A stretch of 49,274 nucleotides of DNA, taken from assembly GCA_027624915.1 (NCBI GenBank), contig JAQBTR010000004.1, forward strand, positions 1-49,274, in the 5' to 3' direction. Under the pieces are notes generated by a model. That model saw nothing but the letters and a program-made list of their open reading frames with translations, ran no database searches and was not told the DNA's origin. Shown here piece by piece: positions 45,391 to 49,274 of this stretch; the first letter of the stretch is position 1; each line of letters opens with the position of its first letter. The stretch comes from a bacterium (GTDB taxonomy: Bacteria; Patescibacteriota; Minisyncoccia; Ryanbacterales; GWA2-47-10b). Both the position numbers and the translations under genes were made by a program.

Positions 45391-45589
45391 CAAAAATAAG
45401 AAACCGAAAGCACTGCTTTTGATGATTATATTTTTGTAGGATTTGCGGAGAATCGAAAGGCGGAGGCGGTATACAAGACGAAGCTTTGCTGAGTGTTTGT
45501 CGCCGAGCCAGGGTCGTGAGCGTATCATTGTAAGGAGCGTGGCGACTATACAATGAATGACTCCTGACCGGTTCCCGCAGGTCCACAAA
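45380..45589 (+). mobile_element. tRNA-Ala-linked mini-element bounded by 15-bp direct repeats of the tRNA 3' end
   Basis: CCGCAGGTCCACAAA at 45380-45394 and 45575-45589; inverted copy of the T arm at 45445-45457. Confidence 0.6.
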
Positions 45590-45675
45590 TAAAAATATCC
45601 ACCTTTCTGGTGGATGTTTTTATTTGCATGATTTGGAGAAAATATTGAACTCAAGAAAGAGACCGAAAAAATATT

Positions 45676-46638
45676 TTAGAAGGGTTCGACTAGTTTTTGT
45701 ACTGGATAGTAGTCGGGATCAATGGCCCGTTTGAAACAAACACCTCCTGCGTTGTGATCCCAATTTGTCTGAACACCATAGTTCGTTTGAGCAATTCTTG
45801 GCAATTGATCATTTATAGTTGATATTTTAAATTCAGCACATAATTCAAATGAATTTTCACCGAGTACTCTATATATGTATGGTTCTTGTGTGACGGGATC
45901 TACTGGTAACTCAATTCCTCGAATATCATCTACAAGATTGTTAAGAGATTCTGGAACCTCTCCTTTTTGTTGCCAGTATCGAACAATTTGATCTTGAATA
46001 TTTGATAAATCATTTACTCGTTGCTGGTCAAATCGTCGTTCTCGTTGTGATTGAGGGAGACCTACCATCCAGAATCCCCATATAAGGGTTAGGCTGACAA
46101 TTAAAACAACCGTACTCTCAAATACTTTCATACGAGCATCTTGCCACGCAGGAGTCTCTTTTTTAAGATTCCAGCCATAGTAGAGTGTTACTGAACCGCC
46201 GATTACAAGAATGGCGATAGCCTTAAGCAAAAACGATGTCGTCAGATCTCCATTCAAAAAACCAAAAACAACAGCTACAAGATCACCAATTAGCACAATA
46301 AGTGTGGCAAAAAGTGTAAGATATAAAAGCCATTTGCGACTTTTCATATCCCGCTTAAATGAGTGCGCCGTTAAATCTCGTCCGAGGTACCGCTGAAGTA
46401 ATAAAAAAATTGGAAATACAATTACTAATATAGCCAGTGGCCAGCGCAATACATCTGCTGGTGTTTGCCATGAATATCTTTGTTCAAGTACATCGGGAAC
46501 ATACACGCTAATCATTGTAAAGATTATCGCGCCAAAACTAAACACAACGGTATACAGCCCAATGACACCAAGGAGGTGTGTAAAAACATCTTTTGGTCCT
46601 GCGTGTGCATCTACTAATTGCTGTGGTTGTTCATTCAT
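45676..46638 (-). CDS. DUF5671-type membrane protein with a C-terminal pilin-like head
   Basis: LRWPLAILVIVFP, RKWLLYLTLF and GFLNGDLT; then RFDQQRVNDLSNIQ...DPVTQEPYIY...FELCAEF. Confidence 0.75.
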   Translation of the reverse strand: MNEQPQQLVDAHAGPKDVFTHLLGVIGLYTVVFSFGAIIFTMISVYVPDVLEQRYSWQTPADVLRWPLAILVIVFPIFLLLQRYLGRDLTAHSFKRDMKSRKWLLYLTLFATLIVLIGDLVAVVFGFLNGDLTTSFLLKAIAILVIGGSVTLYYGWNLKKETPAWQDARMKVFESTVVLIVSLTLIWGFWMVGLPQSQRERRFDQQRVNDLSNIQDQIVRYWQQKGEVPESLNNLVDDIRGIELPVDPVTQEPYIYRVLGENSFELCAEFKISTINDQLPRIAQTNYGVQTNWDHNAGGVCFKRAIDPDYYPVQKLVEPF

Positions 46639-46657
46639 ATGATGATCCTAGTTTTTA

Positions 46658-47632
46658 TTATTTTGCTAACCTTATAAGATGCATTACCAAATCTGGAAAT
46701 TCTAAACCTCTATGTTGTGCCGCCTTTGGGAACAACGACTCGCGTGTTAACCCAGGTAATGTATTTACTTCAAGAACATAAAGTTCTGGAGCTCTACGTG
46801 TTATGCTGGATGGCTTAATTATCATGTCAGTTCGTGAGTAGTGTCGCAACCCAAGCGCCTCGTGCGCCTTGAGTGCTGTTTCCTGAATCTTGGCAAGCAT
46901 GGCTCCATAAAATGGTGCGGGGCAAACCTCGGTTGTCTTGCCATTATACTTAACTTTGTAGTCAAAAAAATCTGCACTTTCTGGTGGGACTATTTCTATG
47001 GGAGTTAGTGCTGATATTATCCTACCATCTAGCCCTTCAATGACGCCACACGTGACTTCGCGACCAGGAATAAACTCCTGAATAATGAGATGCGAATCGG
47101 TCTCCAATGCACTCTCAAACGCACCGGGCAGGTGTTCACGATTTGAGGCCTTTGTAACCCCCAGAGATGAGCCTCTGGAGCGTGGTTTTATAATCCATGG
47201 TGGTGCCGAATGCGCTAATGCAAGTCTGGGTTCTGCTACGTCACGAGCAAGAACGAGACTTTTTGGCATCTTAATACCAACGCCCTCAAGTACTTTTTGT
47301 GACATTTCCTTATTCATAGCCATAGCGGATGCAAGCGCGCCAGAACCCGTAAACGGCATTTGATTGTGCTCTAGAATACGCTGTATTTTTCCATCCTCTC
47401 CATATTCGCCATGCAGTGCATTAAACATTACGTCCACCTTGTGGCATGCATCCCCAGGCATAATGAGTCTTTGTTCATCTCCGAAGAGCCAGCTCCCTGC
47501 TTTCGTTATAAAAATTGGATATGCTTCAACTCGTCCTTTTAGTGCACGAAGTACATTCATGCCAGACATAAGTGACACGTCATGCTCACTCGATGGTCCA
47601 CCCATTAATACGCCAACGCGAGGAATATTCAT
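46658..47632 (-). CDS. ddl: D-alanine--D-alanine ligase
   Basis: GGPSSEHDVSLMSG, LHGEYGEDG, GSSLG, FFDYKVKY and LEVNTLPG. Confidence 0.95.
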   Translation of the reverse strand: MNIPRVGVLMGGPSSEHDVSLMSGMNVLRALKGRVEAYPIFITKAGSWLFGDEQRLIMPGDACHKVDVMFNALHGEYGEDGKIQRILEHNQMPFTGSGALASAMAMNKEMSQKVLEGVGIKMPKSLVLARDVAEPRLALAHSAPPWIIKPRSRGSSLGVTKASNREHLPGAFESALETDSHLIIQEFIPGREVTCGVIEGLDGRIISALTPIEIVPPESADFFDYKVKYNGKTTEVCPAPFYGAMLAKIQETALKAHEALGLRHYSRTDMIIKPSSITRRAPELYVLEVNTLPGLTRESLFPKAAQHRGLEFPDLVMHLIRLAK

Positions 47633-47642
47633 ATTATTGAGG

Positions 47643-47803
47643 AGTCCTGAGAAATAATTTGATTTCGTTGCGAGATGGTTTTATCTTGAGCGAAAACAAT
47701 GAAGCACGAAGAGGTAGTATACGGAGTATACGCCGATGAGTGATGAGTTGTTTGTAGCCAAGATAAATTCATCGCAGTAGGAAACAAATTATTGATCGGG
47801 ACT
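47643..47803 (+). ncRNA. Family E 161-bp structured element, copy 2
   Basis: Co-linear with 31186-31346; the outer stem overlaps the stop codon at 47789. Confidence 0.6.
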
Positions 47804-49273
47804 AACGTCATAGTAATAATCACCCGGATCTGCATCGTATTTCAAAAGCTCAGATAAACGATCTTCAAGTTTTGCTGACAAAATATATGAATCTCCATTA
47901 CGCTTGTATGGATATCGTTTTTGTGTTTTTGGATCCAAAAGAACAATCACCATATATTCTGGTACGAGCTCTGGCAATGTATTTGGATATTTCTCTAGTC
48001 TCTCACGATACAGTCGCAAACCCTCTTGTATTGCCTTTAGGTCTCTTACCCGAGTTATGTCACGAGCTTTTGGGTTAGAAGCTTGTAAATCCTCAAGTAT
48101 ATAATCATATGCATCTTCCAACGCTTCTCCCAACTCTCGAGTCTTGAGTGGAGTTTCAACATCTACAGATTCATTGATATTAGACAGTGCCGCTATTAAA
48201 AGAAACGTCGTGTCACCATTTTCAAAGCTTACAGAAACGTTCTCTACTTCTCGCGAATCAGCACCCACCCAAACATCAAATCTCACCGGGGAAGCAAGTG
48301 GTCCTTCAAATCCAAATGTCTCTAGTGCCTCCTCCATGAGTCTCCCCGTTATATGATACTGGAGCGACCCATTAGTATATTCTTTAACGATTTCGTTACT
48401 CCAATCAATGAAAGAAAAACTTACCGTGCTCTGGACTCCCTCAAGCGGGAGAACCTGTGCTAGAGGACGACCACCAACACGATACGCATCAAATGAACTA
48501 TCAACTGCGCTGAGCCGGTCTACATACGTATCCACATCTTTAGATACTGTTTCGTCACGAAATACTATCCATGACTCTTCGAACGCTCCATTACCAAATG
48601 GCCCAAAAGAAGCTCCATAGTATGGGAGATTAGTCAGCTGAAAATAGTTTGTTCCATTTTTGTATCGCGATTCAAACGCTACATCAGAATTAAAAAAGTC
48701 CTCTGTTCCAAAAGACATTTCCATCCTATACACAGGGTCTTTTGCTCTAGAGTAGTCGAGCTCGCCCTCTAGATGTATACGAATACTACTTACCGGCTCC
48801 GTGCCCACAAGTGGTAGAGTTCTCAAAAAAAGACTCGCAAGCTGCGGAACAAATGGCTCTATTTTTTGTGTGACAGCCCTTGGATCGTCATACAAACTCA
48901 TACTGACATCCACATCATAGGCAAAGGACTTGGTATTTGTTATTTTTTTGAATGCGCTCGAAACAGCAAGCGAAGGTTCTACTACAGATACATACACCCA
49001 TGCGCCAGCACCAAGAATACCCGAAATCGCCAAAAGTAATCCACTAATGCCTAGAGTACGTTTGATAATGTTATTTTCCCCATCCCCCTTTGCTGTAAAT
49101 GGAGGTACCTGTGACTCCTTCTTTGGTTTTTCTGGTTCGTCTTTTATAACACTCTCAATAAGATTCTCCTCGGAGCTAACTTCTTGCGTAGCGGGCTTTG
49201 CGGGTAATGGTATCTCTTTTTGAGGTCGCGTTACTGGAAGTTTTTTTACTTCTTTGGGTGCCTGTAACTCATG
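47789..49273 (-). CDS. Paralog of the 43457-45091 gene (Pro/Lys/Glu-rich N-terminus, TM helix, beta-rich domain, pilin head); 5' end lies outside the window
   Basis: The frame stays open from 49033 to the window end; KARDITRVRDLKAIQEGLRLY...LDPKTQKRYPY...YILSAKLE. Confidence 0.75.
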   Translation of the reverse strand, partial: HELQAPKEVKKLPVTRPQKEIPLPAKPATQEVSSEENLIESVIKDEPEKPKKESQVPPFTAKGDGENNIIKRTLGISGLLLAISGILGAGAWVYVSVVEPSLAVSSAFKKITNTKSFAYDVDVSMSLYDDPRAVTQKIEPFVPQLASLFLRTLPLVGTEPVSSIRIHLEGELDYSRAKDPVYRMEMSFGTEDFFNSDVAFESRYKNGTNYFQLTNLPYYGASFGPFGNGAFEESWIVFRDETVSKDVDTYVDRLSAVDSSFDAYRVGGRPLAQVLPLEGVQSTVSFSFIDWSNEIVKEYTNGSLQYHITGRLMEEALETFGFEGPLASPVRFDVWVGADSREVENVSVSFENGDTTFLLIAALSNINESVDVETPLKTRELGEALEDAYDYILEDLQASNPKARDITRVRDLKAIQEGLRLYRERLEKYPNTLPELVPEYMVIVLLDPKTQKRYPYKRNGDSYILSAKLEDRLSELLKYDADPGDYYYDVSPDQ

Positions 49274-49274
49274 G

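Noticed and set aside
46658-47632. Van-type D-Ala-D-Lac ligase
   Set aside because: The omega-loop Tyr (FFDYKVKY) is retained and no van genes are nearby.
25312-47803. Long hairpins as integron attC sites
   Set aside because: There are no RYYYAAC/GTTRRRY core sites and no intI in the window, and the flanking genes are ordinary chromosomal genes.
23-49223. The many 60-180 aa antisense or overlapping ORFs in the track
   Set aside because: They are shadows of well-supported genes on the opposite strand or in another frame and carry no motifs.

Overview
A 49 kb window of an AT-rich, mostly minus-strand, gene-dense bacterial chromosome. The gene set looks like Patescibacteria/CPR (Parcubacteria-like); this is an inference. 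It rests on a compact type IV pilus operon with embedded two-component genes, a stand-alone VirB4/TraD-like ATPase, GT-C glycosyltransferases, Gmad2, DUF5671 and leaderless-type promoters. Housekeeping genes include pgi (partial), xth, tag, dnaX, serS, ddl, a DEAD-box helicase, an ABC-F protein, tRNA-Gln(UUG) and tRNA-Ala(UGC). No CRISPR array, rRNA, integrase or recognisable transposase was seen. The most unusual signal is non-coding: almost every larger intergenic gap holds a long imperfect hairpin, and these fall into several dispersed families. (E) Two exactly co-linear 161-bp elements with conserved purine-rich internal loops and unrelated but still pairing stems. (A) Five copies of a TTCYGATTGAGCG...YGGC-N3-GATC motif; the four intact ones sit inside closing stems. 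(C) Two ~165-bp hairpins sharing a 25-nt core. (B) Three copies of a ~60-bp hairpin unit. (D) Two tRNA-linked elements carrying both an inverted and a direct copy of the tRNA 3' end. In several cases the outer stem is an inverted copy of the last codons and stop codon of the neighbouring gene, which suggests an uncharacterised family of structured mini-elements or antisense RNAs that capture their flank. Other oddities: a response regulator with one in-frame TAG, a 1004-aa tip pilin with two nested 7-blade propellers, a PilM-SH3 fusion, a four-fold 12-bp operator palindrome, a SET-domain gene and a GC-rich orphan gene. All calls come from reading the sequence by eye; no database searches or folding programs were run.
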